From Alphaproteobacteria bacterium (GTDB lineage: Bacteria > Pseudomonadota > Alphaproteobacteria > UBA6615): 64,000 nt of DNA. Within the stretch, counting starts at the first letter, position 1. Each line of letters opens with the position of its first letter. A program made the translations under genes and the position numbers. The DNA lies in NCBI GenBank assembly GCA_002727315.1, contig PBWR01000006.1:256094-320093 (forward strand). Direction: 5' to 3'. Positions 33,725-43,190 of the stretch are shown here, piece after piece. The notes beneath the pieces are model-generated. The model worked only from the letters and a program-made list of their open reading frames with translations. It had not been told where the DNA came from and made no database searches.

Positions 33725-35389
33725 TCAAACGCCGCGCTCCACCACGATATCAAGCAGGTTCGGCCCGCCATTGGCCACAGCTGCCTCAAGCGCCGGGCGC
33801 ACTGCCGCCGGATCGGTCACGCGCTCCGCGCGCACCCCCATCGCCTGTGCCATCTCGACAAAATCGATGGGCGGATCTTCCATGTCCATGGCGATGTAGG
33901 TCTCGTTACCGTGGAAGGCCTTCAACCTCTGCTTCAGGATCCGGTAGCCCTGATTGTTGAGAATCACATAGGTCACCGGAACTCTCAGATGCGCTGCCGT
34001 CCACAAGGCCTGGATCGAGTACATGGCCGAACCGTCACCCACGAGCGCCACGACCGGCCGATCCGGCTGGCCGAGCTGCACCCCGACGGCAGCCGGCAAC
34101 GCCCATCCGATCCCGCCACTGGCAAACGATTGAAAATCGTACCGGTCGCGGAACGGCAGGAACTGAAGCATGTTCCAAGCGGTCGTAAGCCCCTCGTTCA
34201 CCGTGATGGCTCCCGGCGGAAGCGCATCGGCAATGGTCATCATCAGCCAATCCGAGAGGATCGGCGTCGCGTCGGCGTCATCTGCCAGTTCGCCCACACG
34301 CCTGGCACGCTTCGCCGTCCAGTTGCTATCCGCGACGGCCGCGATACGTGACCGCGCGGTCTCGGCATGGCCCGCACCGCCACGTTCCTCGATGACCGGG
34401 CACAACACGGACAAGGTCTCGCGCACATCGCCACGCACGGCCATATCGGCGGGATAGTTCTTGCCCATCTCCCAATCCACGAGGCCGAACTGGACAATCG
34501 GCAGATCGGGCGGCAACGGTTCGGTCTCGCTCATCACCGACATCCGCAGCACATCGGCCCCCACGACAACGAGCAGATCGTAGTCATCCAGGATCGCACG
34601 CACTTCTTTCTGGTTACGCGATAAGGCGCCCATGAAAGCCGGGTGTTCGGACGGAAAGAATGACCCATAGGCCGTGGTTTGCTGGAACGCCGGGGCGCCG
34701 AGGGCATCGGCGAAGCGCGCGACCTCGGCGAATGCGTCAGAGGTCACAACCTCGTTGCCGGCGAGAATTGCCGGCCGGTCGGAGGCAAGCAACCGGTCGG
34801 CGATGGCGGCTAGTTGCGCATCGGAAGGCCGCATGGCCGTGTCGACCCTGGTGCGGGTCCCCAGATCGATACCCTTGCGGTCGTTCAACACGTCACCGGG
34901 CAGTGAAATGAAGACCGGCCCCGTCGGTGCCGTCATCGCCACCTTGGCCGCTCGGCGAACCACACGGGGCAAATCCTCCAGCCGAGTCACCTCGGTCGCC
35001 CATTTGACCAGAGGGCTCGCAATGGGAACCAGGGGGTCGTAGAGCAGCGGCTCGGTAAGGCCGTGGCCAGTCTCCTGCTGTCCCGCCGTCACGATCATGG
35101 GTGTGCCGGTGAAACGCGCGTTGTAAATCGCGCCCATGGCGTTGCCGAGACCCGGCGCTACATGAACGTTGCAGGCGGCAAGACGGCCTGTCGCGCGGGT
35201 AAAACCGTCGGCCATCGCGACGACGAGCGATTCCTGCAGACCCAGGACATATGTCATGTGGTCCGCGTGGTCGGGCATGGCATTCATGATCGGCAACTCG
35301 GTCGTCCCGGGATTGCCGAACAGGTGCGTGACCCCTTCGTCCTGGAGCAGTGCCAGAAACGCGGTCGCGCCCGTAATCTCGTTCTGCAT
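33725..35389 (-). CDS. thiamine diphosphate-dependent decarboxylase, benzoylformate decarboxylase-like
   Basis: ORF 33725..35404. ATG 35389 has a GAAGGGGA RBS. The sequence reads MQNEITGATAFLALLQDEGVTHLFGNPGTTELPIM...LQESLVVAMADGF...TAGQQ, with a ThDP motif GDGSAMYSIQALWTAAHLRVPVTYVILNN. Confidence 0.85.
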   Translation of the reverse strand: MQNEITGATAFLALLQDEGVTHLFGNPGTTELPIMNAMPDHADHMTYVLGLQESLVVAMADGFTRATGRLAACNVHVAPGLGNAMGAIYNARFTGTPMIVTAGQQETGHGLTEPLLYDPLVPIASPLVKWATEVTRLEDLPRVVRRAAKVAMTAPTGPVFISLPGDVLNDRKGIDLGTRTRVDTAMRPSDAQLAAIADRLLASDRPAILAGNEVVTSDAFAEVARFADALGAPAFQQTTAYGSFFPSEHPAFMGALSRNQKEVRAILDDYDLLVVVGADVLRMSVMSETEPLPPDLPIVQFGLVDWEMGKNYPADMAVRGDVRETLSVLCPVIEERGGAGHAETARSRIAAVADSNWTAKRARRVGELADDADATPILSDWLMMTIADALPPGAITVNEGLTTAWNMLQFLPFRDRYDFQSFASGGIGWALPAAVGVQLGQPDRPVVALVGDGSAMYSIQALWTAAHLRVPVTYVILNNQGYRILKQRLKAFHGNETYIAMDMEDPPIDFVEMAQAMGVRAERVTDPAAVRPALEAAVANGGPNLLDIVVERGV

Positions 35390-35512
35390 GACGGTCCCCT
35401 TCAAAAAACTGCGTCACCCAAAGGATATTCTATCGGGCGCCTGTCTGAATCCCTGGACAAAAGCAAAAGAATGCGCGCCAAATCCCTACTTTTTCCGATT
35501 GCGTTGACTGTC

Positions 35513-36562
35513 CTAGAGATTCAAGGCACCGACGATGGCCTCGGTCATCTTGGCGCTGCCAGCCGTCCCGCCCAGATCGCCGGTGCGGATCTGGCCATCG
35601 GCCAGAACCTCCAGCACCGCAGCCTCAACCGCGGCGGCGCCTGCGTCTTCGCCCAGATATCGCAGCATCATGGCCGCGCTGAGGATCGTCGCGCAGGGGT
35701 TGGCGATACCCTTGCCGGCAATATCGGGGGCGGTGCCGTGGACGGGCTCGAAATAGGCCCACCGGTCACCGATGCACGCAGACGCGGCCAGGCCGAGACC
35801 CGCCGCAAGGCCGGCTGCAATATCCGACAGGATGTCACCGAACGCATTAGTCGCCAGGATCACGTCGAAGTGCCCTGGTTCGCGCACCATCTCCATGGCA
35901 CAGGCGTCGATGTTCCGGGTTTCATAAATGATGTCCGGATATTCCTTCGCGATCTCGGCGCAGGTCTCGAGAAAAAGCCCATCGGTCAGTTTCAGAACAC
36001 CGACCTTGTGCACCGCCGTCACGCGGGCCGACTTGTCTGACCTCGCACCGCGCGCACGTCGACGCGCCGTGGCCTGCTCGAAGGCCATTCGTGCAGTACG
36101 CCGTGAGGCTTCGCGGGTAACAACACGTATCGCATAGGCCGTGTCGTCGTCGGGCTGGTATTCGTCACGCGAATAGAGACCCTCGGTGACCTCGCGCACC
36201 ACGACGCAGTCAATATCGTCTGCCGGGGATGGAATGCCGGGGATTGTGCGCGACGGGCGCACGCTAGCGGCCACTTCTAGTTCGATCCGCATATCGCCAA
36301 GCGGATCTCCTCCGCCCGGCGGGATCTGCGCCACATCCATGGCGCCCAGGAACACTGCATCGGCCGCCTTTGCCGCTGCCATCGACGCGTCCGGCATGGC
36401 GTGCCCCTGCTCCAGAAACGTACCGTGACCGGCTGACTGTTCATCGTAAGCGAACTGAGGTCCGCCAGCGGCGGACACCGCATCCAGCACTCCACGAGCA
36501 CAGCCGACCACTTCCGGACCGATCCCGTCTCCCGGCAACACACAAATGGAATACTTCGCCAA
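35513..36562 (-). CDS. isocitrate/isopropylmalate dehydrogenase family (tartrate/3-IPM dehydrogenase-like)
   Basis: 349 aa beginning MAKYSICVLPGDGIGPEVV and containing NAFGDILSDIAAGL...GSAPDIAGKGIANP-type motifs. Confidence 0.85.
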   Translation of the reverse strand: MAKYSICVLPGDGIGPEVVGCARGVLDAVSAAGGPQFAYDEQSAGHGTFLEQGHAMPDASMAAAKAADAVFLGAMDVAQIPPGGGDPLGDMRIELEVAASVRPSRTIPGIPSPADDIDCVVVREVTEGLYSRDEYQPDDDTAYAIRVVTREASRRTARMAFEQATARRRARGARSDKSARVTAVHKVGVLKLTDGLFLETCAEIAKEYPDIIYETRNIDACAMEMVREPGHFDVILATNAFGDILSDIAAGLAAGLGLAASACIGDRWAYFEPVHGTAPDIAGKGIANPCATILSAAMMLRYLGEDAGAAAVEAAVLEVLADGQIRTGDLGGTAGSAKMTEAIVGALNL

Positions 36563-36595
36563 CCGATCTACCCCCCCTGTTCCTCTGACCCGCGT

Positions 36596-37786
36596 CTAGA
36601 CGGCACGTATCACGCGACCCGCAACCTTCAGCCGCTGTACTGTGTCCCCTGCAAGGTGACTCCAGATAAACGCGTCACGTGCCAGCTTATCGGCCGCCTG
36701 CGCCATCGGCTGGCCAGCGTCGTCATGGATACTCATATTGAGATCCGCGATTTCCTGCACCGTGTCAGTTGCCAGATTCATAGCGAGACCCGGGTTCGTG
36801 GAGTGGACCTTCTGATCATGCTCCCAGGCCACCCGCATGACATAGGACCGCAACGCCTCGGTCAGCATGTTCATCTTGCCTATCTTGAGTTGGACAAGCT
36901 GCTGGTTGGCCAGTGGCTGGCCGCGCGCCTGCCGCGTATTGATAGCCGCGTGAGCTTGCTCGCAGGCCGCATCACAGATACCCAGAGCATTGGCAGCGAG
37001 TTCAAGGTCACCGAACATATCACCTGACTGATCGCCCTCGCCCTTTCGCAAGGCTCCGTTGGTCTCGCCAATCTGGTTGGCGATCGGAACGCGCGCATCT
37101 TCAAATATCATTTCCCCGTTCTGATAAAACCGCCAGCCGCTCTTGTTGTAGACTTTGCCGACCCGGAACCCGGGCGTATCCGCCGGCACGAGCAGGGTCG
37201 TTGTCCCGTCCGTAAAGGGCACGGAAAAGTCCGTGCGCACATACAGAAAAAACAGCTTCGCAATGTTACCGTGAGCGATGAACTGCTTCTCGCCGTTCAG
37301 AACCCAGACGTCACCATCACGTTCGGCCCGAAGCCGTAATCCGGCATCGGGTGCGTCGGGCGGCGGCATACGATTATCAGACCCGCTATTGGCCTCAGTC
37401 TGACCGAAGCCCAAAACAAACGAGTCGTCTTCGAGGAACGGTTTTAGGAATCGCGTCTTCTGATCGTCCGTGCAAGCGAGCGAAATCAGGTGACTCCACT
37501 TCCAGCACTGGCTGAATGTTTTTGAGATTGCACTGTCGGCGCGCGCCAGCTCGGTCATGACCACAGCCTGGGTGACATAGTCAATACCATGACCGCCCTG
37601 TTCCTTGGGAACGACGGCGGTCCGGAATCCTAGTTTCGAGCCTTTGCGAACCAGGTCCCAGTCGATGGTTTCCGCAGGATCCGCGATGGCGTCGCGAATC
37701 AGCGAGACCGGGGCTATCTCCTCCTCAGCAAATTTACGCGCTTTCATCTGCCAGGCGGTTTGTTCCTTGTTCAAAGCAAAATCCAT
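36596..37786 (-). CDS. acyl-CoA dehydrogenase family protein
   Basis: 396 aa with the ACAD fold layout. The C-terminal segment reads LARDAFIWSHLAGDTVQRLKVAG where MCAD-type enzymes have IYEGT. Confidence 0.85.
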   Translation of the reverse strand: MDFALNKEQTAWQMKARKFAEEEIAPVSLIRDAIADPAETIDWDLVRKGSKLGFRTAVVPKEQGGHGIDYVTQAVVMTELARADSAISKTFSQCWKWSHLISLACTDDQKTRFLKPFLEDDSFVLGFGQTEANSGSDNRMPPPDAPDAGLRLRAERDGDVWVLNGEKQFIAHGNIAKLFFLYVRTDFSVPFTDGTTTLLVPADTPGFRVGKVYNKSGWRFYQNGEMIFEDARVPIANQIGETNGALRKGEGDQSGDMFGDLELAANALGICDAACEQAHAAINTRQARGQPLANQQLVQLKIGKMNMLTEALRSYVMRVAWEHDQKVHSTNPGLAMNLATDTVQEIADLNMSIHDDAGQPMAQAADKLARDAFIWSHLAGDTVQRLKVAGRVIRAV

Positions 37787-37798
37787 GAACCGTCCCCC

Positions 37799-39004
37799 CT
37801 ATCCCTGCTCAAATCCTGCCAGCGCCTCGGCGATGCGCAGGCGCGCATCGTCGACGCCGCAGCCGGCGTGCCGGTACATCCGAGTGTCGTGGATGTATTT
37901 CTGCATCGGCATATCGCGCATCACCCCCATGGCGCCGAAACACTCCGCGGCGTCCCGGGCGGCCCGGTGCAACATATCCGCCGCGGCAACCTGTGAAATC
38001 AAGGCATGAGGCATGTCGGACAGACTGCCGTCCGCCCGCGCCTGCGGATTGTCACAGTCCCAGGCGCTACGCCAGACAGCACCGCGTACCATTTCCAAAC
38101 TCGCCGCGATATCTGCAAGTTTGGCGCCGATGGCCTGGTGTTCGATGATCGGGCGGCCGCCTTGTACGCGCAGTTTCGCGTAGTCGAGCGCCGTCTCGAA
38201 CGCCGCGCGCGCAATCCCGAGATTGATGGCCTGTCCCTCGGGAGTTCCGTTCAATCCAACGCCAATTTTATCCGGCGTTTCCCGGTTGCTGCCAGCCAGA
38301 ATATTCTCAACAGGTACCCGGCAATCATCCAGTTCCACATCGCCCATAGTACCGTGATACCACCCTCCGTCCCGGGGTGTTTCCGCGACGCTCAGACCAG
38401 ACGTTTCGGCCGGTACCAGAAGTGTAACCGGTCCGGTTTCCGACGATGCCGTGACCACAAAAAGCCGCGCCAGGGGTGCATTTGCGATCCGCGGCTTGCG
38501 GCCACGGAGCACCAACTCACCGCCATCGACCGTCGCTGTCGTAGCCGAAGATTCTGGATCACGGATCCGGTGATAATCCGGGCCCAGACCGGTATCGGCT
38601 TCGGCCCCCAGAGATACCAGCGCTAAATGATAGGAGGCGTCCTCAACGAAGTCCGGCAGGAACCTTGCGCGCTGACCCTTATCCATCAACCCGCCGAACA
38701 GTGCGGCACCGAGCCGCGCGGTTTCCGCCAATATCGAGGCCACATCGGCATCGCCGGCCGCGAGTTCCTCGGACACCAGGCAGCGGGTCAGTGTGTCGGC
38801 GCTTGCCCCGCCGTCAGCCTCATCCAGCGCCAGTGTCCGCAAACCCAGGGCACTCGCCGCCTCAATCAGATCAACAAGTAGCGGCGGATCAAAGGGTTCA
38901 AGCCGCTCCGGTTGCAGTGCCACGGGCGTGATTTCCGAGGCCACAAAATCGCGAACCATCCCGCGAATCGCGACTTGCTCCTCACTCAATTGAAGGTTGT
39001 ACAT
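37799..39004 (-). CDS. acyl-CoA dehydrogenase family protein
   Basis: ORF 37799..39034. ATG 39004 (MYNLQLSEEQVAIRGMVRDFV) is a typical ACAD start. TTG 39034 is the alternative. Confidence 0.8.
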   Translation of the reverse strand: MYNLQLSEEQVAIRGMVRDFVASEITPVALQPERLEPFDPPLLVDLIEAASALGLRTLALDEADGGASADTLTRCLVSEELAAGDADVASILAETARLGAALFGGLMDKGQRARFLPDFVEDASYHLALVSLGAEADTGLGPDYHRIRDPESSATTATVDGGELVLRGRKPRIANAPLARLFVVTASSETGPVTLLVPAETSGLSVAETPRDGGWYHGTMGDVELDDCRVPVENILAGSNRETPDKIGVGLNGTPEGQAINLGIARAAFETALDYAKLRVQGGRPIIEHQAIGAKLADIAASLEMVRGAVWRSAWDCDNPQARADGSLSDMPHALISQVAAADMLHRAARDAAECFGAMGVMRDMPMQKYIHDTRMYRHAGCGVDDARLRIAEALAGFEQG

Positions 39005-39142
39005 AGTGACCCGCGCGCTGTTGTTGTTCCCCAACCGGCAGCACAGCGCCTAGACGCCGCACCTCCCTCGGGTACAGACGTTAGGCCTTCAGGTGCGATG
39101 TCACAAATGATTCAGCGTGGATCGGTCGGCGGATGAAAAGCC

Positions 39143-41227
39143 CTACGCCAGGCCTTCCTTCTCGAGCAACGCATCGGGAGATGGCAGCTTGCCCCGAAAC
39201 GCGACATAGGCCGCCTCGGGATCCATGGAGCCGCCCGAGGAATAGATATAGCGGTGGAGCCGGGCCGCGGTGTCCCCATCAAACGGGTCGCCGGCCTCGG
39301 TGAACGCGCCGAAGGCGTCCGCATCCAGCACGCCCGACCACATGTAGGAATAGTATCCGGCTGAATAGCCGTCGCCGGCGAACACATGGGCGAAATGCAT
39401 CGTCGCGTGACGCATGACGATTTCATCGGGCATATCGATCGCGGCCCGGATCTCGGCCTCGAACGCTGCCGGATCGATGTCCGCGGCCCGCGCGGGATCG
39501 AGCGCGTGGAACGCCATATCGACCATCGCGGAGGAGGTGAACTCCACGTTGGCGAATCCCTTGTTGAACTTCTGGGCGGCGCCTAGCTTGGCAAGCAGAG
39601 CTTCGGGAATCGGTTCCCCGGTTTCGTAATGGACGGCAAACCTCTGCATCACGTCGGGCACCATCAGCCAATGCTCGAACAGCTGCGAGGGAAGCTCGAC
39701 AAAGTCACGGCTGACGGACGTGCCGGATATGGAGGGATAGGTCACGTCGGAAAGCATGCCATGAAGCGCATGGCCGAACTCATGGAACAGGGTCCGGGCA
39801 TCATCCATCGTGATCAGGACGGGTTCACCCGCGGCGGCCTTGGCAAAGTTCATGACATTCAGGACGATGGGTATCTGACCATCGCCGCCGTCAGCCATCT
39901 CCAGCTTGTGCTGGTCCTGGAAGGAAGTCATCCAGGCGCCGGACCGTTTGGACGGTCGCGCGAAATAGTCCGCCAGGAAGACCGCAATGCGTGCGCCCTC
40001 GGCGTCGAGCACCTCGAACACGCGGACGTCGGGATCATACGCCGCCACATCGTCGTGGCGGCGGAACGAAATGCGGAACAGCCGTCCGGCGGTATCGAAG
40101 GCCGCCTCGATCATCTTCTCGAGTTGCAGATAGGGTTTGATCTCCGCTTCGTTCAGCTCATAGCGCTCAGCCCGAACCTTCTCCGCATAGTGACGCCAGT
40201 CCCAGGGTGCCACCGCGTGATTGCGGCCTTCCTCGGCAATCAATCGCGACAGGTCCGTCGCCTCCTCTTGCGCACGGGCGCGGGCCTTGTCCCACATCGT
40301 CTCGAGCAGCGCACCGACCTTCTCCGGCGTCTTCGCCATCGTGTTGTCGAGCTTGAGATGGGCGTAGCTGTCGTAGCCCAGCAGGGCGGCCTTCTCGGCG
40401 CGCAATTTCACCATCTCCGCGACAATCGGCCGGTTGTCGCGTTCGCCTGCGCCCTCGCCGCGGGTCACCCAGGCGGCAAATACCTGTTCGCGCAAATCGC
40501 GCCGTGTCGAGAAGGTCAGGAACGGCTCGATAATGGAACGCGACAGGGTCACCGCATGCTTTCCGGCGTGATCCCGCTCTTCCGCGGCCGCGGCCATGCT
40601 GGAAATCAGGAAGTCCGGCAGCCCCTTCAGATCCGCGGGCGCCTCCAGAACCAGGGCATAGTCGCGTTCGTCTGCCAGCACATTCTGGGCGAAGGTCGTG
40701 CTGAGGCTCGCCAACCGCTCGTTGATTTCCGCTAATCGGGCCTGTTCGTCGGGGCCGAGCCGGGCACCGGAACGCACGAAGGACTTCCACGTCAGCTCGA
40801 GGACCCGGTCGGCCTCGGCGTCCAGGTCCAGTTCCGCGCGGGCCTGATACAGCTGATCGATCCGGGCGAACAGGGCACCGTTCATCATGATCGCGGAGCT
40901 ATGACGCGACATTTGCGGTGACAGCTTTCGCTCCAGTGCCTGCAGTGTGTCGTTCGTGTTCGCACCCGACAGGTTCCAGAAGATGCTTGCCGCGCGATCC
41001 AGAAACTCGCCCGCCCTCTCAAGCGCCACGATCGTGTTCTCGAAGCTCGCAGCCTCGCGATTGTTTGCGATCTCGTCGATTTCGGCGAGATGGGCCGGAA
41101 GCGCCGCGGCGAACGCGGCATCGAAGTCCCCATCGTCGATCCGATCGAACGCGGGCAGCCCGAGCGGGCCGGTCCAGTCAGTGATCGCCGGGTTGACCTG
41201 TTCCCAATCCGAATTTGCGGGCGACAT
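39143..41227 (-). CDS. dcp: M3-family peptidyl-dipeptidase (Dcp-like)
   Basis: ORF 39143..41266. ATG 41227 has an AAGGAA RBS. The zinc motif is HEFGHALH. Confidence 0.85.
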   Translation of the reverse strand: MSPANSDWEQVNPAITDWTGPLGLPAFDRIDDGDFDAAFAAALPAHLAEIDEIANNREAASFENTIVALERAGEFLDRAASIFWNLSGANTNDTLQALERKLSPQMSRHSSAIMMNGALFARIDQLYQARAELDLDAEADRVLELTWKSFVRSGARLGPDEQARLAEINERLASLSTTFAQNVLADERDYALVLEAPADLKGLPDFLISSMAAAAEERDHAGKHAVTLSRSIIEPFLTFSTRRDLREQVFAAWVTRGEGAGERDNRPIVAEMVKLRAEKAALLGYDSYAHLKLDNTMAKTPEKVGALLETMWDKARARAQEEATDLSRLIAEEGRNHAVAPWDWRHYAEKVRAERYELNEAEIKPYLQLEKMIEAAFDTAGRLFRISFRRHDDVAAYDPDVRVFEVLDAEGARIAVFLADYFARPSKRSGAWMTSFQDQHKLEMADGGDGQIPIVLNVMNFAKAAAGEPVLITMDDARTLFHEFGHALHGMLSDVTYPSISGTSVSRDFVELPSQLFEHWLMVPDVMQRFAVHYETGEPIPEALLAKLGAAQKFNKGFANVEFTSSAMVDMAFHALDPARAADIDPAAFEAEIRAAIDMPDEIVMRHATMHFAHVFAGDGYSAGYYSYMWSGVLDADAFGAFTEAGDPFDGDTAARLHRYIYSSGGSMDPEAAYVAFRGKLPSPDALLEKEGLA

Positions 41228-41396
41228 GACTGCGTTCCTTGGGGAGTTTCCGAGAGACTGTATCACGCCTGTTTATATGGGATTGGGCGGCACGCAATTC
41301 CATCCAGGGCGGCAGATTTCCATCGCAGGCGGACATCATGTTTCGTACACTGGGGGCCTAAGGGGACCGGGGAGACCGGAAATTACCTATGAGGGA

Positions 41397-41735
41397 ATGA
41401 TTGCCGAGACCGTTCGCGTGCGCGGTCAGAATGACGAGATGATCGACGCCTACGCCGCCCGCCCGCTGGGCGGTGGCCCGCTCCCGGGGGTGCTGGTGGT
41501 GCATCACATGCCGGGCTGGGACGAATGGACGCGCGAGGTGGTGCGAAAGATCGCCCATCACGGCTTCAACGCGGTCTCGCCCAACCTGCATTCGCGCTAT
41601 GGACCGGGGACGGCACAGGAACGGTCCATGCGCGTGCGCGAATCCGGCGGCCAGGTCGATGCCCAGGTGCTGGCGGATCTGGGCGGTTGGGAGAAGGTGT
41701 TCGAATTCTTCGCCACCCATCTCGCCGTTCGCTGA
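41397..41735 (+). pseudogene. dienelactone hydrolase family remnant (in-frame internal deletion; N- and C-terminal pieces only)
   Basis: This is the last 112 codons of ORF 40947..41735; the first 150 codons are antisense to dcp. It reads MIAETVRVRGQNDEMIDAYAARP...GVLVVHHMPGWDEWTREVVRKIAHHGFNAVSPNLHSRYGPG...VLADLGGWEKVFEFFATHL. There is no GxSxG or GxCxG nucleophile elbow and no catalytic His region. Confidence 0.6.
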
Positions 41736-41762
41736 CCCGTCGACCCGGCAGGAGAGACACCC

Positions 41763-42842
41763 ATGAAGATCACCGGCGTCACCACGTCCACGCTGACCGT
41801 GCCCAACGGGCCGCCGGTCAACACCTACTACACGGCCAACACCTATGTCGTGGCCCGGATCGAAACCGACGAAGGTATCGAGGGCCTGGGATTCACCATG
41901 CTGGTCGGCGGCATGGGCGCCGGATCAGTGCGCGCCTATCTGGAGGAAAGCATCATCCCCCTGGTCGTCGGCGCCGACCCGCTACAGATCGGCGTCATCT
42001 GGCAGTCGATGTACGAAAATGACCGCGGCCTGCGCAAGAAAGGCATCCCGGTCTATGCCATGAGCGCCATCGATATCGGGCTCTGGGATATTCTGGGCAA
42101 GGTCGTCGGACGGCCGGTCTGGCATTTGCTCGGGGCACACAACGAACGTGTGCCCGTGTACGGCAGTGGCGGATTTCTGTCCTACACGGTCGATGAGATC
42201 GTCGCCGAGGCCGAGGCCTTCCGGGCGCAGGGATGCCGCCACTACAAGTTCAAGTTGGGCCGGCCCGACGTGATGGAGAATGTCGAGCGGGTACGACAGG
42301 TGCGCGAAGCCCTCGGCGACGACATGGAAATCCTGGTCGATGCCAACCAGCGCTGGGACGTCGCCACCAACATCCGTGTCGGGCGCATGCTCGAGGAGTT
42401 CAATCTCTACTGGTACGAGGAACCGGTCCTGGCCGACAACATCGCGCAATGCGCCGAAGTCGCCGGCGCCATCGCCATCCCCGTGGCCACCGGTGAAAAC
42501 GAGTACACCCGCTACGGCTTCCGCGACCTGATTGAGGCGCGCGCCGCGCAATATCTCAACCCCGACATCCACCGCTGCGGCGGGTTCAGCGAGATGATGA
42601 AGATCTCTCATCTTGCCGCCGCCTACGACGTCAAGATCGCGCCCCATCTGGTGCCAGAGCTTTCGATCCATGTGCTCGCGGCCATTCCCAATGCCGCACT
42701 GGTCGAGGTGCTTGCCGGTGCACCGGATGATCTGTGGGAGCATCCGCCCGAAATCGTCGACGGTCACATGGCGCCCCCGGACCGTCCGGGCCACGGCATG
42801 ACCTTCACGGCGGAGGCATTGAAGAACTATACAGCGGATTGA
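41763..42842 (+). CDS. mandelate racemase / muconate lactonizing enzyme family (enolase superfamily)
   Basis: 359 aa beginning MKITGVTTSTLTVPN...VVARIETDEGIEGLGFT. It also contains ILVDANQRWD and YWYEEP, the metal-ligand regions. Confidence 0.85.
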   Translation: MKITGVTTSTLTVPNGPPVNTYYTANTYVVARIETDEGIEGLGFTMLVGGMGAGSVRAYLEESIIPLVVGADPLQIGVIWQSMYENDRGLRKKGIPVYAMSAIDIGLWDILGKVVGRPVWHLLGAHNERVPVYGSGGFLSYTVDEIVAEAEAFRAQGCRHYKFKLGRPDVMENVERVRQVREALGDDMEILVDANQRWDVATNIRVGRMLEEFNLYWYEEPVLADNIAQCAEVAGAIAIPVATGENEYTRYGFRDLIEARAAQYLNPDIHRCGGFSEMMKISHLAAAYDVKIAPHLVPELSIHVLAAIPNAALVEVLAGAPDDLWEHPPEIVDGHMAPPDRPGHGMTFTAEALKNYTAD

Positions 42843-42866
42843 GCCGGCTTTCGACCTCCACAGCAC

Positions 42867-43190
42867 TCACTCCGAAAGCGAGACAGGCTCTCCGTGGGGC
42901 GTGGACAGGTAGGCTTCGGTCCAGGCGGCCTTCAATCCCGACAGGCTATCGTCATCGGCGAGGCCGCGTTCGATCAGAAACGCCTCGAACGCCGATAGCC
43001 AGACATCGTAATAGTCGGAGCTGTCCTTCGGGCCGCCCGCTGCGTCGGCCCGGGCAAGCGCGTCCCCAAATGCCGCTGCCCATTCGGGCCAGGCAAACGC
43101 GCCGGCAGCCGCCAGCGCGTGGGTAGCGGCGAACAGCTCGGCGTGCCACGGCTCCGCAAACTGCCGTTCGGGTTCAGCCGGCGGGCGCAA
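42867..43190 (-). CDS. nitrile hydratase accessory (activator) protein, P14K/NhlE-like
   Basis: 107 aa containing FAEPWHAELFAATHALAAAGAFAWPEWAAAFGDAL. It overlaps the nthB stop by 17 nt. Confidence 0.8.
   Translation of the reverse strand: MRPPAEPERQFAEPWHAELFAATHALAAAGAFAWPEWAAAFGDALARADAAGGPKDSSDYYDVWLSAFEAFLIERGLADDDSLSGLKAAWTEAYLSTPHGEPVSLSE

Noticed and set aside
40947-41396. The N-terminal 150 codons of the 262-aa ORF 40947..41735.
   Set aside because: This part is antisense to dcp and crosses the intergenic region. Only the last 112 codons (from ATG 41397, with a GAGGGA RBS) resemble a real protein, the DLH remnant.
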